Shown in pieces: positions 7,727-17,132 of a stretch of DNA of 34,697 bases. Below the pieces are notes generated by a model, which made no database searches, was not told the DNA's origin, and was given only the letters and a program-made list of their open reading frames with translations. The position numbers and the translations under genes are program-made. This DNA is from a virus (taxonomy: Duplodnaviria; Caudoviricetes): IMG/VR virus record IMGVR_UViG_3300046011_003663, positions 1 to 34,697 of that record, one strand, 5' to 3'. Every line of letters starts with the position of its first letter. Within the stretch, counting starts at the first letter, position 1.

Positions 7727-8998
7727 ATGAACTTTAAAAGTTTTTTAGTATCGAAAGGTATTACAGAAGAAACATTCAAAACTATGGATGTTGAAGCAAC
7801 AGCAGGATTATACAATGAGTATAACTCTTTGCTTGGTAAAAAAATTGATGAATTAGAAGCAAATAACGCTACTAAATCAGAAATGACAACTGCATTAGAT
7901 GAATTGAAAAATGCACAATTAGAGCAAATGAAACAAATGAATGAAGCTCTTAAAGAAATGGGATTGAAAATTGAAGCATCTACTGAAAAGTCAGGAACTT
8001 CAAAAGGTGATTCATTAGAAGAAGTAGTTGCTAAAAATAAAGAAGCAATTGCTCAATTGAAAACAGATCGTTCTGCTCCTTGGGTTAAAATGACTGTTAA
8101 AGCAGTAGGTACAATGTTAGAAAGTGCTAACATTTCAGGTGGTAATGTACCAGTTGAACAAAGAATAGCTGGACTTAATGCTATTGCTACTCGTGTACCA
8201 CGTTTGATGGATTTAGTTTCAAGAGGTCGTGCAACTTCTAATATCATTTCTTGGGTTTACCAACAAGGTAAAGAAGGTGCTGCTGGTGGAACTTCTGAAG
8301 GTGCAACTAAAAACCAAATTGACTTTAACTTAGTTGTAGATTCACAAGCTGTTGTTAAACGTACTGCTTTCATTAAAGTATCTACTGAAATGTTAGATGA
8401 TATTGACTTCATTCAAGCTGAAATCAACAATGAGTTGTTACGTGAATTGAACAAAGACATTGAGTTAACTGCTTATTCAGGTGATGGTACAGCTCCAGCA
8501 ATGAAAGGTGTCAGAACAACTGCAACAGCATTTGCTGCTGGTGATTTTGCTTTGGCAATTGACAATGCAAACGAAGCAGATGTTTTAGTTGTAGCAATTA
8601 ACCAAATAGCTATTGCTGAACAACCAACTCCAACTGCTATATTAATGCACCCTACTGATGTAGCTAAATTGATGGTTATTAAAGTTAGTGCTACTGATAA
8701 ACGTTATGTTGATCGTTTGTTAATGATTGCTGGTCAATTATCTTTAGATGGTATTCCAATTATCAAAACTACATTGGTAACTGCTGGTACTTACTTAGTA
8801 GGTGCTTTTAACTTAGCAACTCTTTATGATATGGGTTCTATTTCAATTGAAATGGGATTAGATGGTAATGACTGGACTAAAAACCTACGTACAATCATCG
8901 CAGAGTATAGAGGTGCAATGGTAGTTAAAAACAACGACCGTACAGCATTTGTAAAAGGTACTTTCTCAACTGATAAAGCTGCTTTAGAAACTGCATAA
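7727..8998 (+). CDS. Major capsid protein, HK97 fold, with N-terminal coiled scaffold (delta-like) domain
   Basis: SEGATK, KVSTEMLDD, SGDGT....KG, ILMHPTD, LDGIPII, TIIAEYR; strongly biased codon use. Confidence 0.95.
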   Translation: MNFKSFLVSKGITEETFKTMDVEATAGLYNEYNSLLGKKIDELEANNATKSEMTTALDELKNAQLEQMKQMNEALKEMGLKIEASTEKSGTSKGDSLEEVVAKNKEAIAQLKTDRSAPWVKMTVKAVGTMLESANISGGNVPVEQRIAGLNAIATRVPRLMDLVSRGRATSNIISWVYQQGKEGAAGGTSEGATKNQIDFNLVVDSQAVVKRTAFIKVSTEMLDDIDFIQAEINNELLRELNKDIELTAYSGDGTAPAMKGVRTTATAFAAGDFALAIDNANEADVLVVAINQIAIAEQPTPTAILMHPTDVAKLMVIKVSATDKRYVDRLLMIAGQLSLDGIPIIKTTLVTAGTYLVGAFNLATLYDMGSISIEMGLDGNDWTKNLRTIIAEYRGAMVVKNNDRTAFVKGTFSTDKAALETA

Positions 8999-9007
8999 TT
9001 ATAATAT

Positions 9008-9029
9008 AGGGAGTTGAAATATACTCCCT
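9008..9029 (+). terminator. Hairpin after the capsid gene (weak terminator or mRNA stabiliser)
   Basis: agggagt...actccct stem with a short T tail. Confidence 0.55.
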
Positions 9030-9043
9030 TAATTTTACTTAAT

Positions 9044-9211
9044 ATGGCAAAGAAAGTAGTTGAAGTAGTTAAAGAGTTAGCGTTCTATGAAGGTGTAAGA
9101 TTGTTTAAAGCAACTGGTTTAAATAGACACTTACCAAAAGATTTAGAAGTTGAACTAACTCATGAATTAGCATTGATATTGTTAGGGAAAAAAGCAGTTG
9201 AATTAAAATAG
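9044..9211 (+). CDS. Small head-associated hypothetical protein
   Basis: ATG at 9044 preferred over the TTG at 9014, which lies inside the hairpin. Confidence 0.7.
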   Translation: MAKKVVEVVKELAFYEGVRLFKATGLNRHLPKDLEVELTHELALILLGKKAVELK

Positions 9212-9213
9212 TT

Positions 9214-9711
9214 ATGATAGTAGTTAATAGTGATTTTATAGGTAGATATGAATTAGCGTTAGACAAGTTTAATGTTGATAAAATTGATTACTATATTGAT
9301 AAGTACGAAAAAAAATACTTAATCCAGTTATTAGGTGTTGAATTGTATGATTTGTTTATTGATGACTTAGATGTTAACAATGAGCCACAAACAGCAAAGT
9401 ATATCACTATTTACGAAGCATTGAACTATGATAATAATGGAAGTATTGTTACAAGTGATGGTATTAAAGAAATGTTACTTGGATTTATTTTCTACCATTA
9501 CACAAATGATAATACGCAACTTCAAACGCCAATAGGTACTACTAGTGCAAAAGCTGAAAATTCAAATGTATTAGGAGCTAATTACAACAACATAACACGT
9601 TTTAACGATTGTGTTGCAAGTTTTAGATCTATACAACAATACATAGAGGACAATATAAGCGATTACGCTACATATAACGGACAATATTTACCTTTTGAAT
9701 ACTTATTATAG
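9214..9711 (+). CDS. Putative head-tail adaptor
   Basis: Position after the capsid gene; E..YL..LLG.ELY pattern. Confidence 0.6.
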   Translation: MIVVNSDFIGRYELALDKFNVDKIDYYIDKYEKKYLIQLLGVELYDLFIDDLDVNNEPQTAKYITIYEALNYDNNGSIVTSDGIKEMLLGFIFYHYTNDNTQLQTPIGTTSAKAENSNVLGANYNNITRFNDCVASFRSIQQYIEDNISDYATYNGQYLPFEYLL

Positions 9712-10412
9712 TGAAAGATATTTACGACATAGTACAAGACGAGATTTTTTCTAAGTTGAATAACGAAGTTAAAATAGTTAGTGCTTCTCCTTTAAGTGGA
9801 GGAACACAAACAATTGTATTATGTATTCAAAAATGGGTTAGAGTTGGAACATATTTAAAAGATGCAAGTAATAAGAATTGGTTAATTCAATCTATTACTG
9901 ATAATGAAATAGTAGTTAAAAAACCAACTGGAGCTACAAATTTGAGTGTAAATCAAACGCTAACATTAATCGAGCCTAAATTCTTATTTGGTACTCGAAT
10001 AAGTGCAGATAATGAGTATAAGAAAACAAGTAATGATAACCGTAATAAGTTACCTTTAATTTGGTTAGTAGAAAATATCCGAGAAACTGAATACAACTAC
10101 GGTAGTGCTATTGAAAGAGACGCTTCGTTAAGATTTTATTTTCTTGACGATAATAATCCAAAACAATATTTAAATGAAGATTACCGGAAAAATGTTGTAA
10201 CTCCAATGATTGGATTAAAAGATGAATTTTTGAGAATAGTTAGATTAAATAAAATATTTCAAACTTATGAAAGTGTAGATATTAGAACTATTACAAGATT
10301 CGGGAATGAAACAGAACAAGGAGTAATTGAAAACATATTATCCGATAATTTAAGTGGTTTAGAACTCTCAATTAAATTGAGTGTGAAAAGAAAAAAAGAA
10401 TGTAATTGTTAA
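9711..10412 (+). CDS. Putative neck or tail-completion protein (GTG start)
   Basis: Position before the tail tube; K.PLIWL motif. Confidence 0.5.
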   Translation: MKDIYDIVQDEIFSKLNNEVKIVSASPLSGGTQTIVLCIQKWVRVGTYLKDASNKNWLIQSITDNEIVVKKPTGATNLSVNQTLTLIEPKFLFGTRISADNEYKKTSNDNRNKLPLIWLVENIRETEYNYGSAIERDASLRFYFLDDNNPKQYLNEDYRKNVVTPMIGLKDEFLRIVRLNKIFQTYESVDIRTITRFGNETEQGVIENILSDNLSGLELSIKLSVKRKKECNC

Positions 10413-10428
10413 TTTAAAAAAAAAAGAA

Positions 10429-11340
10429 ATGGCAGATTGTTTATGTGGCACAGGATTAGGTAATTTAGGTTTATCTTCTTGTGTAGTTAACAGAAATGTT
10501 ACAAATAAATTATTCTTTGTGCCTGTATATGACAGCACGGGAGTAAAAAACAAATTAGATTTAACTGGTACAATTAATGAAGCTACTATTACAGCTTTAA
10601 TTAATCAATCAGATGCTTCTAAACGTTGGTATTTATCTCCAGTATTTGAAAACGTTGTTAAAGCAACAGCAGATACTACATTTGAAGAAGCACCTTCACA
10701 ACGTAAAAAAAGAATTAAAGCTGGTAAAAAATCTTTTAGTGCAGAGCATTGGGATGTATCTCCACAATTAGAAGGAAAATACAACGAGTACCTTTGTGGT
10801 GGTTGGGGTGTTATTGAACTTGATATTGATGGTAATATAATCGGTAAAAAAGTTGGTACAGATTTATATCCTATTCCAGTTGATGGAGATTCTTTTGATG
10901 TGAAATATGTTGATCCAACGGATACAGCAACTTCTAAATTGATGGTATCTTTTGATTACAATCGTTTAATGAAATCTGAGGAATTATGGTTAATTTCTGC
11001 TGAAGAAATTGGAGCAGATTTGAACGATCAAGATGGATTGAAAGATGTAGAGTTAGAATTTGTTTCTAAAACTTCTACTCAAGTTGTTGTAAATGCTACT
11101 TTATCTTATGGTACAGCAGTTCAATTGTTGAAAGTTAAAGGTTTATTAGCTGCAGATTTTGCACTTTATAACAATACTTTAGGAGCTTCTCATTCAATTA
11201 CAACTGTAACTGAAGGAACTGGAGCAAATGATGGTCAATATACTATTACTTATACAGCTATCACAGGTTCAGTTGATAATTTAACTTTATCAATGGCAAA
11301 AGATGGTTATGTAGGTAAATTAGACTATGTTGATGCTTAA
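10429..11340 (+). CDS. Major tail (tube) protein with C-terminal Ig-like extension
   Basis: Position, size, capsid-like codon bias, Thr/Gly-rich beta C-terminus, followed by a terminator. Confidence 0.7.
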   Translation: MADCLCGTGLGNLGLSSCVVNRNVTNKLFFVPVYDSTGVKNKLDLTGTINEATITALINQSDASKRWYLSPVFENVVKATADTTFEEAPSQRKKRIKAGKKSFSAEHWDVSPQLEGKYNEYLCGGWGVIELDIDGNIIGKKVGTDLYPIPVDGDSFDVKYVDPTDTATSKLMVSFDYNRLMKSEELWLISAEEIGADLNDQDGLKDVELEFVSKTSTQVVVNATLSYGTAVQLLKVKGLLAADFALYNNTLGASHSITTVTEGTGANDGQYTITYTAITGSVDNLTLSMAKDGYVGKLDYVDA

Positions 11341-11350
11341 AATTTAATCA

Positions 11351-11370
11351 ATGATTAAAATATAATCAAA
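11351..11370. promoter_or_regulatory. Palindromic site ATGATTA-N5-TAATCAA (copy 3)
   Basis: 19-nt exact repeat of 6828-6846. Confidence 0.55.
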
Positions 11371-11372
11371 TT

Positions 11373-11399
11373 AGGGTAGTTAATAGCTACCCTTTTTTT
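11373..11399 (+). terminator. Intrinsic terminator
   Basis: agggtag-ttaatag-ctaccct followed by a T run. Confidence 0.85.
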
Positions 11400-11410
11400 A
11401 TTTTTGTTGT

Positions 11411-11863
11411 ATGGTAGATTTATTTCAAACGGATTTAGGTATAATTACAAAAAATGCAAAGATACTTAACGAGGTAAGTGCTTGGATAAATTCATTTGAC
11501 ATTCAAATTAAAAATGAAATTATATACCTTATTCAATATGAACAATTAGTTAGTAAAGGTATTGATGCAAAAGGTAAAGTAATAGGTTTATACAAACCAT
11601 TTACAGAGCAATTAAATCCATTAAAAAAAGCTGGTGAACATTATACTTTATTAGATACAGGAGAGTTCTTTAAATCTATGTTTATTGATGTAATGCGTGA
11701 TAGTATAATAATTAATGGTAACGGTCAAAAAGATAATGAAAATCTATTTATTAAATTTGGTGATGATATCGTAGGATTAACGGATGAAAATAAAGAAAAA
11801 TTAGCTGATTTATTACTAGAAAAATATATAAACTATGTTAGAGAAATATTACAAATCGGTTGA
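11411..11863 (+). CDS. Putative tail or neck morphogenesis protein
   Basis: TLLDTGEFFKSM, KFG.DI.GL motifs typical of virion morphogenesis proteins; TATTTTTG at 11399-11406. Confidence 0.55.
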   Translation: MVDLFQTDLGIITKNAKILNEVSAWINSFDIQIKNEIIYLIQYEQLVSKGIDAKGKVIGLYKPFTEQLNPLKKAGEHYTLLDTGEFFKSMFIDVMRDSIIINGNGQKDNENLFIKFGDDIVGLTDENKEKLADLLLEKYINYVREILQIG

Positions 11864-12314
11864 TGAAATACCTTTGTTTAATTGGATAGAATGTACGCAA
11901 GGTAATTTTAACTATGTTTTACATGATGAAAAGAACGCAACTAAAATAGAAAATTCAAAACTAGAAGAAATATTTAATACTATTTTTGATAGTTACATTC
12001 AAAAAAACGGTATTTCTAAAACATATGAAAGGTTATTGAAATTGATCCGTAAACGTGCTTTGTTACAATTAGACTATACTATTAATTTGGATAGATTTAA
12101 TTTAACTAAAATAGAGTTGTGCGATGCAGAAATAGAAACAATGAAAAAAAGTACCGATAGAGGTATAAGTATTCAGGAAACGCTTGTAATACTATCTAAA
12201 TGGATAGGTTACAGATTAGATTGGAAAGTAATAAGTAAAGGAGAGTTTGATACTATCCTAAAAACATATACAAACGATAAAAAGCAAGAAAATGGCGAAA
12301 AAAATACTATCTAG
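11835..12314 (+). CDS. Hypothetical protein, possible tail assembly chaperone
   Basis: Immediately upstream of the tape measure gene. Confidence 0.45.
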   Translation: MLEKYYKSVDEIPLFNWIECTQGNFNYVLHDEKNATKIENSKLEEIFNTIFDSYIQKNGISKTYERLLKLIRKRALLQLDYTINLDRFNLTKIELCDAEIETMKKSTDRGISIQETLVILSKWIGYRLDWKVISKGEFDTILKTYTNDKKQENGEKNTI

Positions 12315-15129
12315 TGATATAATAGAGCAAAATATATTTAAAAATACTATTAAAAGTGCGGATGAGTTAATTATTAAATTGACTGCATTAAATACCGAGT
12401 TTAAAACAGTTGCTGAAACGACAAAAGAGGTAATTAAATCTAGTAAATTTGATTCTGTTAAGTCTTTAAATGATTTCACAAAAGCAACTGAACAAGCTAC
12501 TAAGTTACAAAAAGCACAATTACAAGTTCAAAATGAATTAAACAAAGCTCTAGGATTAAAAGCTAAAATAGAAGTTCAAATAGAGAAAAGCGAAACGGAA
12601 AGAACACGTAGAACAATTTTACAAACAAAAGAGCAAGAAAGACAAGCTAAAGCAACTGAAAGAGAGATAAAAGCTCAATCTATGCTTGAAAGTCGTTATG
12701 CACGTGTTAATAGTTGGCTTAATAAATTACGGGCTGAATATAGGGATTTGGCTATAAAAAAGGAGTTAGGTTTATCTTTAACTGAAAAAGAAGAATTAAG
12801 ATATTCTACTTTAGAAAAACGTATTCAAACATACGATAAAGCTTTAAAAGGTGTTGATGCTTCAATGGGTATTCATAATCGTAATGTAGGTAACTATAAA
12901 AGTGCTTTTGATGGTTTAGGATTCTCAGTTACTCAATTAGCACGTGAGATGCCAGCTTTTGCGAATTCGTTACAAACTGGTTTCATGGCAATATCGAATA
13001 ACTTACCTATGTTATTTGATGAGTTGCAAAAAATTAAAAAAGCAAATGTAGAACTACAAGCTACTGGACAACCAACAACAAGTGTATTTAAACAATTAGC
13101 TGGTGCAGTTTTTAGTTTTCAAACATTATTATCAGTTGGTGTTACATTACTTACTATTTATGGAGCTAAAATAGTTGATTGGGTTAGTAATGCTTTAAAT
13201 CCAGCAAATAAAGAACTTGAAGAACTTAATAAAAAACAAAAAAGAATTGCAGAAGAACAAAAGGAACATTCAGAATATATAAGTAAAGAAAGTTCAATGT
13301 ATATTGGATTAGTATATGCTTTAACACAAACCAACAAAGGTAGTAAAGAACGAATTGAATTAATGAATAATATAAATAAACAATATGGAACTTCATTGAA
13401 AAACATTAGTGATGAAAGATTATTTCAAGAACAATTAAATTTATCTGTTATAGAATACATAAAAGTTAAAGAAGCTGAATATAAATTAAGAAAAAACGAT
13501 AATTTATTACAAGCAAATTTGATAAAACAAGATAAAGTAATTGCTGAATTAAATAAAATGACAACAAATTCTTTGAAGTTACGTTATGAATCGGGTTTAA
13601 TTACACAAAAAGAATATAATAAAGAAAAATATAAAGAATTATTAAATAATAAAGAATTAATTAAATACGCAAAAGAACAAGGTTTAAATTTAGCTAATAA
13701 TAATACTGCTCAATATGATTTAATTAATCAATTGATAGAACTAAGTGAAAGATCTAAAAAATATGGTTTGAACATAGGAAATTTAAATCAAGTTATAGGT
13801 ACAAATAACAATAAAACAAAAGAGTCTACAGAAACACAAAAAGAACTGAATCTATATGTTTCTAAATACTTGGAAATTTTAGCTAAAATACAACAATATA
13901 GAAATCAAGTTAGAGAAACAGAATTACAGGACCAGTTAAATAAAGAAATACAAAAACAAAAAGATAGTATTTCACAAATTGGAGTACCTGAAAATAGCAA
14001 AATTGAATCTATTTTACAGCAGCAATTAGATTTTAAATTAGAAGCACTAAAAAAAGAATATAAAGCAAATCAAGACGTTAGAGAAGAAGAATATAAACAA
14101 GAAAAAAAGAAATTAGAACAAAAAAGAGATACATATAAAGTAGGTACTGAAGAATATAAAAAGTATCAAGAATCTATTAATAATTTAGAAAAAGATTATA
14201 AAAAAGAAAATGAATTATTAGATGAACAAAATGCAGATAATAAATTAAAAATAGAGCAAGATTATAAAAAAGAAAAACAAAGTATAGATAAAGAATTATT
14301 TGAAACATGGGAAGAATACCAAACAAGACAATTAGAAACGCAGAAAAACAACGCTGAAAAACAATTACAACAACAAAAAGATACTTTTCAAAAGTTAGAT
14401 CAGTTAGCTAAATTCTCTGCAGATTATTTCATTGCTCAATCTGAACGTAAAATAACTGCTATTGATAGACAAATAGATGCTTTAAACAAACAAAATGATT
14501 ACATGAAAGATTTAGCAGCTAGTGGAAACATTAATGCTCAACAATCACTTGCACAAAACAATAAATTGATTCAAGATGCTAATAAAGAGAAACAAAAAGA
14601 GCTAAAGAAACAAGAGAAAATAAAACTTGCAATGACTGTATTTGATTCTTATAATGCTAACTTACAAAGTAAAGAATTAGGAGGTAAAAATGCATTAGTA
14701 AAAACAATTAAAGATGTAAGTTTACTTCAGGCGTTTATAAACTCTTTACCAGCATTTATGGAAGGTACTGAAGATACCGGATTAAATGGTAAAGGATTAG
14801 ATGGAAAAGGTGGTTTCTTGTCAGTATTACATCCTAATGAAAGAGTTGTGCCAAAGCAACTAAATGAAAAGATGAAAGGAATGACAAATTTAGAATTATC
14901 TAACTTAGCGGATGATTATTTAAGAGGTAACGTTATTAAACAAGATACGGTTATAAATACTAATTGGAGTACAGAATTAATAGTTTCAAAATTGGATAGT
15001 TTAGAAAAGGCTATTGTAAATAAAGAAGAATATAAAGCTGAAGTAGGTGAGATAATCGGAGGGGTTATGCACGTAGTTGAGACTATTAAAACTAAAAACC
15101 AAAGAGTAAGAAATATCACTAGGATATAA
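12292..15129 (+). CDS. Tail tape measure protein
   Basis: 945 aa, coiled-coil rich; RNVGNYKSA, QLAREMPAF, hydrophobic stretch; C-terminal FMEGT..LHPNERVV. Confidence 0.9.
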   Translation: MAKKILSSDIIEQNIFKNTIKSADELIIKLTALNTEFKTVAETTKEVIKSSKFDSVKSLNDFTKATEQATKLQKAQLQVQNELNKALGLKAKIEVQIEKSETERTRRTILQTKEQERQAKATEREIKAQSMLESRYARVNSWLNKLRAEYRDLAIKKELGLSLTEKEELRYSTLEKRIQTYDKALKGVDASMGIHNRNVGNYKSAFDGLGFSVTQLAREMPAFANSLQTGFMAISNNLPMLFDELQKIKKANVELQATGQPTTSVFKQLAGAVFSFQTLLSVGVTLLTIYGAKIVDWVSNALNPANKELEELNKKQKRIAEEQKEHSEYISKESSMYIGLVYALTQTNKGSKERIELMNNINKQYGTSLKNISDERLFQEQLNLSVIEYIKVKEAEYKLRKNDNLLQANLIKQDKVIAELNKMTTNSLKLRYESGLITQKEYNKEKYKELLNNKELIKYAKEQGLNLANNNTAQYDLINQLIELSERSKKYGLNIGNLNQVIGTNNNKTKESTETQKELNLYVSKYLEILAKIQQYRNQVRETELQDQLNKEIQKQKDSISQIGVPENSKIESILQQQLDFKLEALKKEYKANQDVREEEYKQEKKKLEQKRDTYKVGTEEYKKYQESINNLEKDYKKENELLDEQNADNKLKIEQDYKKEKQSIDKELFETWEEYQTRQLETQKNNAEKQLQQQKDTFQKLDQLAKFSADYFIAQSERKITAIDRQIDALNKQNDYMKDLAASGNINAQQSLAQNNKLIQDANKEKQKELKKQEKIKLAMTVFDSYNANLQSKELGGKNALVKTIKDVSLLQAFINSLPAFMEGTEDTGLNGKGLDGKGGFLSVLHPNERVVPKQLNEKMKGMTNLELSNLADDYLRGNVIKQDTVINTNWSTELIVSKLDSLEKAIVNKEEYKAEVGEIIGGVMHVVETIKTKNQRVRNITRI

Positions 15130-15158
15130 AAAAAGGTAGCCGACAAGAACTACCTTTT
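15128..15158 (-). terminator. Intrinsic terminator, stronger on the minus strand
   Basis: aaaaggtag-ccgacaagaa-ctacctttt; A7 at 15128-15134. Confidence 0.7.
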
Positions 15159-15191
15159 AAACGTAAATAATAATCAAATGTCAACCATGAC
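15128..15191 (-). ncRNA. Candidate small RNA 2, antisense to the tail operon (approximate 5' end)
   Basis: Minus-strand TATATTTG (15203-15196), about 33-nt body, then a terminator whose U7 tail is on the minus strand. Confidence 0.5.
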
Positions 15192-15212
15192 GACACAAAT
15201 ATATAAATAATT

Positions 15213-16898
15213 ATGAGACATTTTATAGCAAATAAAGAAATAACACCAATAAATACTTTTGATATTGGTATTAATGTGAATTTTGAAGGTACAGTAGATC
15301 AAAACAAATTAACTACTGATACAATTAAAGTCAATCGAGAAGCATATACATTAATACAAAATCATTTACTAGTTAAAAGTTTTTTAGAAGGTTTAGATTA
15401 TAAAGTTGAGTTTGCTACTGGTAAAGAATTGAATTTTGCTATTGACTTTACAAATAGTTTTAGAGACTTTGGTAATGAATGCGAGTTTAATTTACGTGCT
15501 ATAAAGTCACACGATCATTTCTTTGATGATGCACAAGGTTTGAGTTTTGAATTAGTAAATACTAAAATAAAATTCACAGGTTTTCAAGTTGGTTACCAAG
15601 TTATACCAAAAGATGCAGTTGCACAAGCTTTAATTACTTCTGTATCGTTATTTATGATATCAATGGCTTTAGCGGATAAAGCACGTGAGCTATCTAAAAC
15701 AGTAAAAGAATTTAGTTCAGCTGTTGCGTATGCCCCGTTTGCAATTCAAGGTAAATTGGTAGAAGCTGCTGTTCAATTATTAATAGAAATAACATTTACA
15801 GCTATATTGTTATTTCAGGCTGTACAGCTTGTAAAAAGATTATTTAATTTGATTTTCCCACAAGTAAGATATTTAAATGCTTGTACGGTTAAGGAATTAT
15901 TAGAAAAATCATGTTCTTATTTAGGTTATACTTTTAAATCTACAATATTTGACAATAACTATAATAATATTGCAATCTTACCAGTACCACAAAATACAAC
16001 TAGTCAAAAATGGTATGAGATATTTCAAAATGATATTACTTTAAAATACAATAAATGTTATCCAAGTGCAAGTGATGTTACTCCAACTTTAGGAACTTTA
16101 TTAAATCAAATGCAAATAATGTTTAATGCAGATATTAGAGTAGTAGATAAAGAAGTGCATTTAGAAAGATGGGATTATTGGCAAAACTCAAATAAACTAT
16201 CTTTAAAACAACCTATGAATGTTCAAGAATTACGTAAAAACGTATTTACTTTTGATACTTCTAAATTGTTTAAACGATATTATATACATTATTCAACTGA
16301 TTATTCCGATCAAACAACACTAGATAATTTTGAAAACACAAACGCTGAGTACTCTCAGGATTTGATTTCAGGTGCTACAAATGAATTTAATCTAATTAAA
16401 GGACTAACAGATGTAAATATACCATTTGCACGTGCTAAAGCAAAGACTTACCAAAGTTGGTTAGAAAAAGAATTTGTAAAGTTGTTCAAATTGGTTGATA
16501 AATTAGCTGGTACTAATTATGCGTACAAAAAAGATAAAAAAGGTTATATAGTAATTACGGAGCAATTTTTCTCTATAACTAAGATATTTATGTGGGATGG
16601 AGTTGAAAAAGTAAGTCAAACAAATGAATATAAATTACACGCATCTAATATTTGGAATAATTTTCATGTGATTAACTCTTTAGAAAACAATCAATATATC
16701 ATTTATGAAAACGTTAAAATTCCAATGACTGGAAGTGAATTTTTAGATATTTATAGAAATAATTACGTGAATATAGAAGGTACTATTTGTAAAATTATTA
16801 CTCTACAATATTTCGATAAAAAGAATTTTGCTATAATTTCTTTCAAAATGCCAAAAAATTTGATTAAAAACTCGTCAAAACTCACAAAGTTATATTAA
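15213..16898 (+). CDS. Tail tip or baseplate-region structural protein
   Basis: Follows the tape measure gene; 561 aa with a central hydrophobic helical segment. Confidence 0.6.
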   Translation: MRHFIANKEITPINTFDIGINVNFEGTVDQNKLTTDTIKVNREAYTLIQNHLLVKSFLEGLDYKVEFATGKELNFAIDFTNSFRDFGNECEFNLRAIKSHDHFFDDAQGLSFELVNTKIKFTGFQVGYQVIPKDAVAQALITSVSLFMISMALADKARELSKTVKEFSSAVAYAPFAIQGKLVEAAVQLLIEITFTAILLFQAVQLVKRLFNLIFPQVRYLNACTVKELLEKSCSYLGYTFKSTIFDNNYNNIAILPVPQNTTSQKWYEIFQNDITLKYNKCYPSASDVTPTLGTLLNQMQIMFNADIRVVDKEVHLERWDYWQNSNKLSLKQPMNVQELRKNVFTFDTSKLFKRYYIHYSTDYSDQTTLDNFENTNAEYSQDLISGATNEFNLIKGLTDVNIPFARAKAKTYQSWLEKEFVKLFKLVDKLAGTNYAYKKDKKGYIVITEQFFSITKIFMWDGVEKVSQTNEYKLHASNIWNNFHVINSLENNQYIIYENVKIPMTGSEFLDIYRNNYVNIEGTICKIITLQYFDKKNFAIISFKMPKNLIKNSSKLTKLY

Positions 16899-16907
16899 TT
16901 TTATAGC

Positions 16908-17132
16908 ATGGATATTTCACTATTAAATAACTTATCTGAACAAATAGAAAGTATTGCTAAGAATATGAATATTCAGATTCAATCAAAATTGAATGATGAT
17001 AATCTAAGCAATGAGGATAAAGAAGTAGCTTTAAACCTTATGAATACATCAAGTGATGTTATTAATGCTTTAAAAAACAAGGATATTAACAAATTAACAG
17101 AAATTTACAATGCCTGTAACACTAGTAAGTAA
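16908..17132 (+). CDS. Hypothetical protein
   Basis: Helical 74-aa ORF in the tail operon. Confidence 0.6.
   Translation: MDISLLNNLSEQIESIAKNMNIQIQSKLNDDNLSNEDKEVALNLMNTSSDVINALKNKDINKLTEIYNACNTSK

Noticed and set aside
11411-12314. Lambda G/GT-type programmed frameshift before the tape measure gene
   Set aside because: No convincing slippery heptamer at the overlap; both ORFs have their own ATG
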